In this document: positions 19,277 to 28,384 of the stretch, piece after piece
How positions within the stretch are numbered: position 1 is the first letter of the stretch
How the letters are laid out: every line of letters begins with the position of its first letter
Source of the DNA: an uncultured Spirochaetia bacterium
GTDB taxonomy: Bacteria > Oederibacteriota > PGYV01 > Palsa-1178
Direction: 5' to 3'
DNA length: 64,000 bases
Assembly: GCA_964565765.1 (NCBI GenBank)
Contig: CAZMGF010000005.1
Span: 1,573 to 65,572 of the forward strand
The notes under the pieces: generated by a model
Database searches by the model: none
What the model was told of the DNA's origin: nothing
Seen by the model: only the letters and a program-made list of their open reading frames with translations
Position numbers and translations under genes: made by a program

Positions 19277-20257
19277 TTACATGCCTGTGGGTTTTTTCAG
19301 TTCTTCCCTTATCCTTCTGTAAGTTACGATAGGAAGGTCTCCCGGTATGAGTTTTTCATCCATCCTTAATTCCGTCTTTATGGGCAGCTGCGTGAGAACC
19401 ACGCGCCTGTCCTGGTTCAGTATTTTTTTGGAAAAACGCATATTGAAAAAATCAAACAGCTGCCTTAATACCGGCACGGTCATAAAACGCTGATAGGCGC
19501 GCAGGTAGATTACTGTATTTGAATCATCCACTGGAACAAATGCCACAAATATCCTGAGCTGCGGCAGTATCCAGTTCTGCCATATATTAGGAAAAATAAA
19601 ATGTATGTGCTGTTTTTGTAAGTCGGGCGGCGGCAGTTCAGAAGCTTTCTTCGGAGTCTGCCCGATATCTTTTTCATTGTAAACCCAGAACTCTATCTGC
19701 CTGTTTTCCTTTATAAGCTCCACCGGGCCGTTCACAAGCACCCTGTTGCCCTTACCGATAGTATCATAATGAACAAACGGGACATGGACAAGATCCAGCT
19801 GGTTTTCAACGGCCCTTGAATAATGGACTGGCCAGCTGTGAACGGAAGTTACATAAGGGAAGTTTTCGTCAATGTCTGTAAATGACGGAACTTCGGGCAG
19901 TTTTTCTTTCGCGGCCCCCCAGAAAATAAATATCATACCGTGGCGTTCCGCCGTTTTATAGGAATTGACCCTGAACTGTTCCGCGGGTTTTGACGCACTG
20001 CCGTTGGCGGGTATTAATACAACACAGCCGCTTTCATCATATTCAAAACCGTGAAAGGGGCACTGCGCATGTCCGTCTTTCATTTTGCCCGCCGACATTG
20101 CGGCCCCCCTGTGGCAGCATTTGTCCGCCAGGCAGACGGGTTCTCCATTATTATTTCTCCAGAATACCAGCCTCTCGCCAAGGCGGGTAACGCCTGTAAG
20201 TTTATTCTTTTTTACTTCATTTGATTCAAGAACGGCGTACCACTGGTTGCGTATCAT
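19277..20257 (-). CDS. Rieske [2Fe-2S] domain aromatic-ring-hydroxylating oxygenase alpha-subunit-like protein
   Basis: 326 aa with CCHRG...CPFHGF (CxH-N17-CxxH Rieske ligands) followed by a non-haem-iron catalytic-domain-like region. Confidence 0.8.
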   Translation of the reverse strand: MIRNQWYAVLESNEVKKNKLTGVTRLGERLVFWRNNNGEPVCLADKCCHRGAAMSAGKMKDGHAQCPFHGFEYDESGCVVLIPANGSASKPAEQFRVNSYKTAERHGMIFIFWGAAKEKLPEVPSFTDIDENFPYVTSVHSWPVHYSRAVENQLDLVHVPFVHYDTIGKGNRVLVNGPVELIKENRQIEFWVYNEKDIGQTPKKASELPPPDLQKQHIHFIFPNIWQNWILPQLRIFVAFVPVDDSNTVIYLRAYQRFMTVPVLRQLFDFFNMRFSKKILNQDRRVVLTQLPIKTELRMDEKLIPGDLPIVTYRRIREELKKPTGM

Positions 20258-20366
20258 TGATATTCACCCCCATGAATTAATATTTTCTTTATTATACCTT
20301 ATTCCAAAAATGATAAAAGGTTTTTTTGTAGAGGCGGCTATCCGGGCAAAAAAAGTGGAATCATCA

Positions 20367-20591
20367 TGGTGGGCGCGGCCGGGATGTCGCCTGCAGCGAC
20401 AAGATGAGTGGATGATAAAACTTTGATTTTCGGGCGCTCGCCACAGCTCGCGCAACATCTCCGAACAGTGACCCTTAGCTTGTCGAGCTGATACTCTGAG
20501 GCGTAATTGCGAGCTTCAGGCGAGCATATTATTATAGAACCTTCCTCTCGCCTTGCCGCTTCAGCGGCCACCAACTGAGCTACGCGCCGGC
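20367..20591 (-). pseudogene. tRNA-like duplicate with two ~70-nt insertions (in the D-loop and T-loop positions); pseudo-tRNA or novel tRNA-derived RNA
   Basis: Minus-strand sequence GGCGCG-UA-GCUC-AGUUGGU-[72 nt]-AGAGU-A-UCAGC-UCGACAA-GCUAA-GGGUC-ACUG-UUCGG-[~70 nt]-CAUCCCGGC-CGCGCCC-ACCA mirrors the intact tRNA 55 nt upstream. It shares the 3' flank CAUGAUG and ends with a U7 run. Confidence 0.4.
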
Positions 20592-20649
20592 TAAAAAGAA
20601 TCCTAGTATTCAACTTTGCTGTGCTATATAAACAAAGAGAGGCACATCA

Positions 20650-20726
20650 TGGTGGGCGCGACTGGGATCGAACCAGTGACCCTTAGCTTGTCGAGCTAAT
20701 ACTCTAACCAACTGAGCTACGCGCCC
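20650..20726 (-). tRNA. tRNA, anticodon GAC (Val), with unusual C33
   Basis: Reverse complement GGGCGCG UA GCUC AGUUGGUUA GAGU A UUAGC UCGACAA GCUAA GGGUC ACUGG UUCGAUC CCAGU CGCGCCC ACCA is a canonical cloverleaf with encoded CCA. Confidence 0.8.
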
Positions 20727-20825
20727 AACATGATGTGCCTCTTACAATTCTATGATGATTCCGTCTCTTTTCACCTTTAAAACACATATGATTTTATTAT
20801 ATATTCCACATATGTCAACCACAAT

Positions 20826-21821
20826 TTACTGCGCCTGCTTATATTTGCCGCCCTGTCTTGTTCCCCGTTTTTCCAGCTCCTTTATGAACATTTCCTTGAT
20901 TGCAGCCTTGTATTCGGGTCTGCAGTAATTCGGCGCCAGAAGCTCATTTTCATCTCCCTCCGCGGTAAAACGCATAAGCACCATTTCGGGCGGTAAAATT
21001 TCGGCTATATCGGCCAGTGCGCTGATATATTCTCCGGCTCCAAGAAGTTTAAATGGATGGCGGCTGTATTCATCCCCCATCGCCGTACCTTTCATAACAT
21101 ACAGTGGATGTATTTTTATTCCGAAAATATTCATTGAAGCAATCAGCCCCGCAGTGCGCATAAAATCCTCATGGCTCTCGCCGGGCAGCCCGGCCATCAT
21201 ATGCGCGACCACCCTGATATCTGTCCCACGTGCCCTTTGAACGGCATCCTGAAAATCAGCTACGGTATGCCCCCTGTTGATATTTTTCAGTGTATTGTCA
21301 TTTGCGGACTGCAGCCCCAGTTCCAGCCATATTTCACTGCCCCTGTCCTTATAAGAGTCAATCAGACTTAAAACCTCGTCATTTGCGCAGTCCGGCCTTG
21401 TACCCACATCAATTCCTATTACCCCCTGATGATTAAATGCCTCGGAATAAACAGCCGCGAGCTCGTCTATTGGCGCGTTGGTATTTGAATAGGACTGGTA
21501 ATATATGATAAATTTTGTATCGCTTCCGTAACGCCTTATGCCCGATGATATTCCGTGCATTATCTGTTTGGCAAGCGGCACTGTCGGGTCGTTTCCCGGG
21601 GGTGTACTGCCCTTATGGCAGTATGTGCAGCCGCCGCTCCCGTCCTCATTCATGTGCGGGCACAAAAACGGGAGTGAAACCGTGATTTTCCGGACCCTTG
21701 TCCCGTATTTTTCCCTGAAATACCCGCTCAAACTCCTGTATAATTCCTTTTCCACTGATAATTCTCCTTGAAAGTCCATTTTTTCCCATGCACATTTAAT
21801 TGCCAAATGAGACCGCGACAA
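20826..21821 (-). CDS. radical SAM protein, TIGR01212 (YhcC) family
   Basis: 331 aa with a CPHMNEDGSGGCTYC cluster typical of this family. The ORF start is TTG; the ATG at MDFQ is more likely. Confidence 0.75.
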   Translation of the reverse strand: MSRSHLAIKCAWEKMDFQGELSVEKELYRSLSGYFREKYGTRVRKITVSLPFLCPHMNEDGSGGCTYCHKGSTPPGNDPTVPLAKQIMHGISSGIRRYGSDTKFIIYYQSYSNTNAPIDELAAVYSEAFNHQGVIGIDVGTRPDCANDEVLSLIDSYKDRGSEIWLELGLQSANDNTLKNINRGHTVADFQDAVQRARGTDIRVVAHMMAGLPGESHEDFMRTAGLIASMNIFGIKIHPLYVMKGTAMGDEYSRHPFKLLGAGEYISALADIAEILPPEMVLMRFTAEGDENELLAPNYCRPEYKAAIKEMFIKELEKRGTRQGGKYKQAQ

Positions 21822-21975
21822 GCAGCGGCTCTACAACCCGTCATGTTGCGGACATATGAGACTTTTGGAGGGCCCTGCGCACCCCTGGGTGGTTAATAGA
21901 ATATTAATTTAGGCGCAGCTACCCGGAAAAAGGCTCATATTGCAACAGGTATTAAACCGGAAAAATGTGCTGCAA

Positions 21976-22009
21976 CAAAAAAAGGGCGGTTTTACCCGCC
22001 CTTCTTTTT
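21976..22009 (-). terminator. rho-independent terminator downstream of yebC (bidirectional hairpin)
   Basis: GGGCGG-uuuua-CCCGCCC with flanking A- and T-runs. Confidence 0.7.
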
Positions 22010-22041
22010 GCCTTCAAAATATCATTTAAGGACACCCTTTT

Positions 22042-22794
22042 TTATTCCTGGCTGCCCAGTCTGTCCATCTCTTCCTTTGAAATATCAAAATTCGCGTAAA
22101 CATTGGAAACGTCCTCATTTTCCTCGAGGTTGTCCATCAGCTTGAGCATATTTTCAGCGTCCTTGCCCGTAAGCTTTACATATGTCTTCGGCACCATTGT
22201 GACTTCCGCCGCGGCGAATTTCACCGACTTTGACTCAAGTGCCTTGCGCACAGCCTCAAAATCGGATGCCTCGGTGATAATATCATAAGAGTCATCTTCG
22301 TTCTTTATATCCTGGGCCCCGGCTTCAAGCGCCACTTCCATCAGGGACTCTTCATCTATTGATTCCTTGGGGACGGATATAAACCCCTTCTGCTCGAACT
22401 GCCATGCCACGGACCCTACAGAACCCATGCTTCCGTTGCTTTTGAGCAGCAGGGCGCGCAGATCAGCCGCAGAGCGGTTCTTGTTGTCCGTGGTCACCTT
22501 AATAAGGACAGCGACACCGGCCGGGCCGTATGCCTCGTAATTTATTTCCTCGTATGTAACACCGGGAAGCTCGCCGGTGCCCTTCTGTATCGCCTTTTTA
22601 ATATTATCTGAAGGCATATTTACGGCCTTGGCCTTTTCGACAACCGACCTTAAGCGGGCATTGGTATTTATATCTCCGCCGGATTTGGCCGCGACGATTA
22701 TTTCCCTTATTATCTTTGTGAATGACGCGCCCCTCTTTGAATCGATAAGCGCTTTTTTACGCCTTATGGTCGCCCATTTTGAATGTCCTGACAT
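22042..22794 (-). CDS. yebC: YebC/PmpR family DNA-binding transcriptional regulator
   Basis: 250 aa starting [15 protein letters not shown]..., a highly conserved YebC N-terminus. Confidence 0.9.
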   Translation of the reverse strand: MSGHSKWATIRRKKALIDSKRGASFTKIIREIIVAAKSGGDINTNARLRSVVEKAKAVNMPSDNIKKAIQKGTGELPGVTYEEINYEAYGPAGVAVLIKVTTDNKNRSAADLRALLLKSNGSMGSVGSVAWQFEQKGFISVPKESIDEESLMEVALEAGAQDIKNEDDSYDIITEASDFEAVRKALESKSVKFAAAEVTMVPKTYVKLTGKDAENMLKLMDNLEENEDVSNVYANFDISKEEMDRLGSQE

Positions 22795-22821
22795 AAATCT
22801 CCTTTCGTTCCAGACATTAAA

Positions 22822-22908
22822 TTATGCCTTGAATTTATTTTTTCTGCGGTGTTTTTTCCTTTTGTGTGTTTTGATCTTCCATCCATGCCTTTTTTTTCCG
22901 CTTCCCAT
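22822..22908 (-). CDS. putative 28-aa highly basic leader peptide (MGSGKKRHGWKIKTHKRKKHRRKNKFKA)
   Basis: ATG preceded by GGAGG at -5 spacing; ends 27 nt before the yebC start. The purine-rich tract could also produce this ORF by chance. Confidence 0.25.
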   Translation of the reverse strand: MGSGKKRHGWKIKTHKRKKHRRKNKFKA

Positions 22909-22951
22909 CTGAACCTCCGTTTGAATTATAATTTAATATCTGAATTTCTTA

Positions 22952-23374
22952 TTAAAACCCCGGCTGTTCCGCTTCCACTTTCACGCAAAGCGCTTCCGCT
23001 TCGGCCACACATTCTCCGTCGCGGTCGCGTACCAGAGTGCTTTTTATCCACATCAGGCTTTTTCTCTGCCTGTCCACCCGGGCCCTCGCCGTGACAGGCT
23101 CAAGTATTGCCAGAGGCCTTTTAAATTTAACCTTTATTTCCGCGCTTACCACGGGTTTTTTGTCAGTAAGCCACGGTAAATTTACCATAACTTCATCCAA
23201 AAGTAAAGATATCATTCCTCCATGGACTACCCCTGAATAGCCCTGCATTTCCCTGGGAAATGCGTATCCGGCCTCAATCCCGTCTTCCGTGAGTTTAAAA
23301 TCCAGCTTCATTCCTATTGGATTTTTTTCGCCGCACGCGAAGCAATACCTGTCATCTATCCATTCAGCGCTCAT
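22952..23374 (-). CDS. PaaI-family hotdog-fold thioesterase
   Basis: 140 aa with HGG motif context (VVHGGMISLLLDEV). Confidence 0.7.
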   Translation of the reverse strand: MSAEWIDDRYCFACGEKNPIGMKLDFKLTEDGIEAGYAFPREMQGYSGVVHGGMISLLLDEVMVNLPWLTDKKPVVSAEIKVKFKRPLAILEPVTARARVDRQRKSLMWIKSTLVRDRDGECVAEAEALCVKVEAEQPGF

Positions 23375-24438
23375 AGATCAGCCACGATTTCCTTATTAAG
23401 TAATGTTTTTTCAAGATTCATGTCAAACGGGGCCCTGATCACCCCTTTTTCGGTTATTATCGCCGAGATAAACCTGGCGGGCGTTACGTCAAAAGCAGGA
23501 TGCAGGGCCCTTGTTTTCTTCGGGGCTATATCCCTGCCGAATATCTGCTTTACTTCGTCCTCGCTCCTCATTTCTATGGGTATCATATCTCCTGATTTCA
23601 GGCTGAAGTCAATCGTGGAGGACGGAGCCGCCACATAAAATGGTATTTTATTGGTATATGCCAGCACCGCCAATGAATATGTCCCTATCTTGTTGGCCAC
23701 ATCTCCGTTCGCCGTTATCCTGTCCGCCCCTACTATAACCACGTTGATCATGCCTTTGGACATAAAGTATCCGGCCATATTATCCGTTATAAGGTAGTGG
23801 GCTATTTTTTCCTCGCACATCTCAAACGCCGTGAGCCTGGCCCCCTGCAGGTACGGCCTGGTTTCATCAACGTAAACCGTGATTTTTTTCTTTTTCGCGT
23901 TTGCCGCGCGGATTACCCCGAGCGCCGTGCCGTATCCCGCCGTGGCAAGTGCGCCCGCGTTGCAGTGTGTGAGTATTGAGTCTTTTTCCCTTATAAGCTC
24001 AGCCCCGAATTTTCCTATAAGTTTGTTGTTTTCCAGGTCTTCTTTATATATTTTTACGGCTTCTCCCACAAGAAGGTCCCTTATCGATTCAACGCGCCTT
24101 TCCTTGTTGTTCTCCATAAAAGCAAGCATGCGGTTTACCGCCCATTTCAAATTGACCGCGGTCGGCCTTGTCTTAATAAGAGCCTCAGCCGCGGCATGTA
24201 TGTTTTTACTCAACTTATCATAACTGCCCGCCGATATCCTTTTTGCCTCGATTGCCAGTCCGAATGCCGCGGCTATGCCTATCAGGGGCGCTCCCCGAAG
24301 TTTCATATCCTTTATGGCGTCCGCCACATCACCAAAAGTCCTGCAGGTGATATATTTTTTTTGAAAAGGCAGAAGCGTCTGGTCAAGCACTATAAGGCGG
24401 TTATTTTTCCATTCAATCGGCGACAGTTCTTTGGTCAT
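23371..24438 (-). CDS. mtnA: S-methyl-5-thioribose-1-phosphate isomerase (eIF-2B alpha/beta/delta-like)
   Basis: 355 aa with MtnA-like sequence throughout (…RGAPLIGIAAAFG…, …CNAGALAT…). Confidence 0.85.
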   Translation of the reverse strand: MTKELSPIEWKNNRLIVLDQTLLPFQKKYITCRTFGDVADAIKDMKLRGAPLIGIAAAFGLAIEAKRISAGSYDKLSKNIHAAAEALIKTRPTAVNLKWAVNRMLAFMENNKERRVESIRDLLVGEAVKIYKEDLENNKLIGKFGAELIREKDSILTHCNAGALATAGYGTALGVIRAANAKKKKITVYVDETRPYLQGARLTAFEMCEEKIAHYLITDNMAGYFMSKGMINVVIVGADRITANGDVANKIGTYSLAVLAYTNKIPFYVAAPSSTIDFSLKSGDMIPIEMRSEDEVKQIFGRDIAPKKTRALHPAFDVTPARFISAIITEKGVIRAPFDMNLEKTLLNKEIVADL

Positions 24439-24475
24439 TTACTTTCTCCTCTCAGGCGGGTATTAAATACCCGGA

Positions 24476-25306
24476 TCAATTGATCCTTTTTATAACTTCT
24501 TTCATCAGCGCCGTAAGTTTAGGCTCGGCATCAGCCGCGTTCTTGAGTATTTTTTTTATGTCTGTCGGTTCGAGTTCATCCGGTAGGCACATGTCGGTAA
24601 TTATTGATACTCCCAGAATTTTCAGGCCTGCGTGTACTCCGACAATAACCTCCGGCACCGTGGACATGCCTACGACATCCGCAATCTTGTTGAGCATCCT
24701 GTATTCCGCGCGTGTTTCAAAATTCGGGCCCAGCACGCCGGCGTACACCCCTTTTTTTAGGTCCAGTTTTAAATAAGCGGCTGCTTTTTCAGCAATCACG
24801 ATGAGCTCGCGTGAATATGGCTCAAGCATATCGGGCCAGCGCGGCCCGAGTTCGTTGTCGTTCATCCCTATAAGCGGGTTGTCCCCGAGAAACAGGCTGA
24901 TATGGTCCTCAATCAAAACAATATCGGCGCCTTTGAATGAAGGGTTAAGTCCGCCGGCGGCGTTGGATATCATAAGGTATTTGATGCCAAGGGCCTTCAT
25001 GACCCTTACAGGAAATGTCACTTCCTGAAAAGTATAACCTTCATACCTGTGGAAACGCCCCTGCATCGCCACAACTTTCCTGCCCTCAAGCTCTCCCAGG
25101 ACAAGCTGCCCGTAATGGGTCTCAACCGTTGAAAGCGGAAAATTCGGTATTTTTGAATAGGGTATTTCCTTTACCGGTTTTATCTCTTTTGCCAGGGCGC
25201 CCAGCCCGGTGCCCAGTATGATGCCTATTTCAGGTTTGAATCCCGGCGCTGATTTTCTTATCATATCAGCCGATTTTTCTATTTTTTTAACAAGGTCATT
25301 TGCCAT
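24476..25306 (-). CDS. purine nucleoside phosphorylase family I protein (PunA/MTAP-like)
   Basis: 276 aa with GRFHRYEGY and TVPE motifs of PNP/MTAP family I. Adjacent to mtnA, which suggests a methionine-salvage role. Confidence 0.8.
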   Translation of the reverse strand: MANDLVKKIEKSADMIRKSAPGFKPEIGIILGTGLGALAKEIKPVKEIPYSKIPNFPLSTVETHYGQLVLGELEGRKVVAMQGRFHRYEGYTFQEVTFPVRVMKALGIKYLMISNAAGGLNPSFKGADIVLIEDHISLFLGDNPLIGMNDNELGPRWPDMLEPYSRELIVIAEKAAAYLKLDLKKGVYAGVLGPNFETRAEYRMLNKIADVVGMSTVPEVIVGVHAGLKILGVSIITDMCLPDELEPTDIKKILKNAADAEPKLTALMKEVIKRIN

Positions 25307-25323
25307 TTAAAAATCCTCCTGTT

Positions 25324-25620
25324 TTAATCTCTTATATTTTTTAAAAGTATTGCTTCCGCGTTTTCCGCGCTTATGTTCCTCAGCATTACTTTTTTTGACC
25401 TTGATGATAAACCCGAAATCACTTCCACGCTGCTTTTGCTTATCCCGAAAATTCCGGACAGGAAATTTTCAAGTTCCCTGTTGGCCCTTCCCTTTTCAGG
25501 CTGTGCCGCCACTTTTATCTTCAAAACGCCGTTCGAAAAGCCGTTTATGGCGTTTTTTTCCGCTCCCGGCGAGGCCTTTACCATCAGCAAAAGTGAATCC
25601 TTTTTCCGGATTATTATCAA
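25324..25620 (-). CDS. DUF167 (YggU) family protein
   Basis: 98 aa with a YggU-like fold sequence. yggT-yggU synteny. Confidence 0.7.
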   Translation of the reverse strand: MIIIRKKDSLLLMVKASPGAEKNAINGFSNGVLKIKVAAQPEKGRANRELENFLSGIFGISKSSVEVISGLSSRSKKVMLRNISAENAEAILLKNIRD

Positions 25621-25621
25621 A

Positions 25622-25918
25622 TCAGGCCCTGAAAATAAGTTTCAAAACGAATATGACCGCGTATTTAATTATTTCAACAAGGAACAGCGCGACCAGGGGC
25701 GTGAAATCTATTCTACCAATGCGCACCGGGAAAGTCTTAGCCGAAAAATTCATCAGGGGATCTATAACAGTTGAAACAAACTTAAAAATTTTATAATACC
25801 TCTCAAGCACATCCTGTTTCAGCCACGTCATGAATGACCTGATGAGTATCAACAGCATAAAAAAAGTGGCGATGCCGTCTGTTACATCCACAAGGTCCAT
25901 AAAAATTTTATTTTCCAA
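25622..25918 (-). CDS. YggT family membrane protein
   Basis: 98 aa with two TM helices; YggT-like. Confidence 0.7.
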   Translation of the reverse strand: MENKIFMDLVDVTDGIATFFMLLILIRSFMTWLKQDVLERYYKIFKFVSTVIDPLMNFSAKTFPVRIGRIDFTPLVALFLVEIIKYAVIFVLKLIFRA

Positions 25919-26819
25919 GTTCGTCGCCCCTCTCTTTGGCCGCGATAACCGCCTGTATCAGCGCCTCTTTTACATTCAGTGAGTCCAATACCGATATCGC
26001 GCTTTCAGTTGTGCCGCCTTTAGAGGTAACCTTCTTCCTCAAATCGGCGGCTGTTTCTCCGCTTTTTGCAAGAAGCTTGGCCGAGCCTTTGAAAGTCTGG
26101 ACAATAAGGAGCTTTGCGGCGGCGGCATCCAGATTTAATTTCGCGGCGGCCTCAAGCATGGCCTCCACAAAATAAAAAACGTACGCCGGGCCGCTTCCGG
26201 AAAGCGCCGTCACAGTATTTATCTTATTTTCCGGCAACAGCACGGATACTTTGCAGAAGGTTGAAAGTATTTTTTTCGTTATTTTTTTATCGGCGGCTTT
26301 CACTCCCGCGGAGAAAGAATAACCCGCCGCGCCTTCACCTACAAGCGCCGGGGTATTCGGCATTACGCGCGCAACCGACGGCTTTGACCCCAGATACGAG
26401 CCTATTTTAGGTATTGATATTCCCGCGGCAATGGAAATTATCAGGTGTTTTTTTGTAATTTTATTTTTAAGGGACGCCATCACTTCCGGAAAATTCTGCG
26501 GTTTTACTGCAAGCACTATTATGGAGCACTTATCAGCCGCTTCGGCGCATGAAACCAGGGCGGACGCCCCGAATTTTTTTACGGCGAATTTCACCGCTGC
26601 GGGATTAATATCATATGCATATATCTTAAAATTATTTTTTACCGCTGAGGCGCATATTCCGTTCATAATCGCACGGGCCATATTGCCCGCCCCGAGAAAC
26701 GCTATTTTTTTTCTTTCCAAGCGGAAACTCCTTTTATTTTCAATATTTTCTCTTCCCGAATATTCCGGTGCCGATGCGCACCATTGTGCTGCCCTCTTCC
26801 AGGGCCGCCCTGTAATCAC
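25908..26819 (-). CDS. proC: pyrroline-5-carboxylate reductase
   Basis: Rossmann motif IAFLGAGNMARAI and ProC-like C-terminal dimerisation region. The ORF as given overlaps yggS by about 80 nt; the true start is probably downstream at a non-ATG codon. Confidence 0.85.
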   Translation of the reverse strand: MITGRPWKRAAQWCASAPEYSGRENIENKRSFRLERKKIAFLGAGNMARAIMNGICASAVKNNFKIYAYDINPAAVKFAVKKFGASALVSCAEAADKCSIIVLAVKPQNFPEVMASLKNKITKKHLIISIAAGISIPKIGSYLGSKPSVARVMPNTPALVGEGAAGYSFSAGVKAADKKITKKILSTFCKVSVLLPENKINTVTALSGSGPAYVFYFVEAMLEAAAKLNLDAAAAKLLIVQTFKGSAKLLAKSGETAADLRKKVTSKGGTTESAISVLDSLNVKEALIQAVIAAKERGDELGK

Positions 26820-27426
26820 CGCTCATGCCCATTGACAGAACCTCCATGCATCCGGCTGGAAGATTTTTTTTCAGCCGGTCAAATATAGAGCGCGCCCTTT
26901 TAAAAAACGGCCTGGCGTTTTCCATATCAGCCGAATAGGGCGCCATTGTCATAAGCCCTTTAAGCTTTACGCCGGGCAAAAGTGCTATATTTCCGGCCGC
27001 GGCTGATATTTCATCTTCCCGAAAGCCTGCCTTTGCCTCCTCCGGCGAAACCTTTAACTCAAGCAATATTTCTATCTGTTTTTCCTGCTCGACGCAGCTT
27101 TTGGATATCTTTTCCGCGAGTTTGACGGAATCTACGGACTGGATACAGTCAAAAATTTTTACGGCTTTTCCAGCCTTGTTTCCCTGCAGATGGCCGATAT
27201 CGTGCCATTTAATCCCCTGATATTTCAAATTAATTTCTTCTATTTTAGCGCCTGCTTCCTGTATCCTGCTTTCTCCAAACTCGTTGAGCCCGGCCTTTAT
27301 GGCTTCTTCAATGTCCGCGGCGCTGAAATTTTTTGTGACAGCAAGCAATTTTACGCCCGCATATGAACTCTCCAGAAATCCTTTTATTTGCTCAATATTT
27401 TCGCCTATATATTTTAGTTCTTGCAT
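26740..27426 (-). CDS. yggS: YggS-family pyridoxal-phosphate homeostasis protein
   Basis: 228 aa with an alanine-racemase N-domain-like sequence including the Lys region LLAVTKNFS. Confidence 0.85.
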   Translation of the reverse strand: MQELKYIGENIEQIKGFLESSYAGVKLLAVTKNFSAADIEEAIKAGLNEFGESRIQEAGAKIEEINLKYQGIKWHDIGHLQGNKAGKAVKIFDCIQSVDSVKLAEKISKSCVEQEKQIEILLELKVSPEEAKAGFREDEISAAAGNIALLPGVKLKGLMTMAPYSADMENARPFFKRARSIFDRLKKNLPAGCMEVLSMGMSGDYRAALEEGSTMVRIGTGIFGKRKY

Positions 27427-27681
27427 TAATCAACCGCCGTTATTGCCGAAAAAAGGGCAATTTAACTTTATATAGCATTATAAATAGGCTGTATAAAATT
27501 TCAATACTATTTTTCAATAATAAGCCTTTTAGTTTCGCATTGCGGAAAATCACGCAATTATTGGCATAATATTGAATATATTTTTATAAGTTGAACCTGC
27601 CATGCCACATTACGGGATTTAAATTTTAAAACAAATCCGCAGCCCCTGTCCCAATTTACCTTATTATTTGTCCTTAAATAT

Positions 27682-28380
27682 TTAAAACGCCGACTTTGAC
27701 TTATCAATAATAATTTTTACGGGATAATTATTATATCTTATGCTTAAGCGTTTTTCAAAATAGAGCTTTAATCTGTCGCCCGCAAGCATATCAGTTTTTG
27801 CCGCAATCCTGTTATTTACCCATATAGTGTCATCATCGGGCAGCACTGTATAATCCCTGCCGTCATCGCCGGTTATTACAAGGCAGGGGTCCTTCGCCTT
27901 AAGGCTTCCTAATAACGGGGCCTGAAAAGATTTTTTTGCGGCAGTTTGATCCCTGTCGGTCATTTCCTCATAAACTTTCCGGTTTTCGTAAATATATACC
28001 GCGTTTGCAAGGACCGCTTTTTTATTTTTCGGCCCCCGGACTTCCACAAAAACCCTGTCATTGAGATCCGCGGAAGACCCGTCGGATTTTAAATAGAACT
28101 TCGTTGAATCCTGCAGATAGAATTCGATCCTGGTCTGGACTTTTCTCAGGGTATATTTATCCCTCTCTACTTTTTCAAGGGCGCCGGCCTGCATTATTTT
28201 TTCCTTCACGGCCCCGTTTGCTTCCTTTGATTCATCAGCCATGGCCGCGCTAGTCCCTCCGGCAACACCTTTTACATTGAATTCCTGCGGCGTCTCGCCG
28301 TCGTCAGTTGCCGCTGCCGTATTCATACATAGCGCCGCCCCAAAAAATACGAAATAAACGAAAACCCTGAATTTTTTCAT
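27682..28380 (-). CDS. hypothetical secreted protein
   Basis: 232 aa with an N-terminal signal peptide; no recognisable family. Confidence 0.4.
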   Translation of the reverse strand: MKKFRVFVYFVFFGAALCMNTAAATDDGETPQEFNVKGVAGGTSAAMADESKEANGAVKEKIMQAGALEKVERDKYTLRKVQTRIEFYLQDSTKFYLKSDGSSADLNDRVFVEVRGPKNKKAVLANAVYIYENRKVYEEMTDRDQTAAKKSFQAPLLGSLKAKDPCLVITGDDGRDYTVLPDDDTIWVNNRIAAKTDMLAGDRLKLYFEKRLSIRYNNYPVKIIIDKSKSAF

Positions 28381-28384
28381 AATA

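Noticed and set aside
20367-20591. tmRNA (ssrA) hypothesis for the long tRNA-like element
   Set aside because: Only about 225 nt, keeps a full anticodon arm, no G3-U70 alanine identity pair, and no tag-peptide reading frame evident.
20264-20613. Minus-strand ORFs 20264..20458 and 20338..20613
   Set aside because: They overlap the tRNA and the tRNA-like duplicate; Arg/Cys-rich translations typical of reading through structured RNA.
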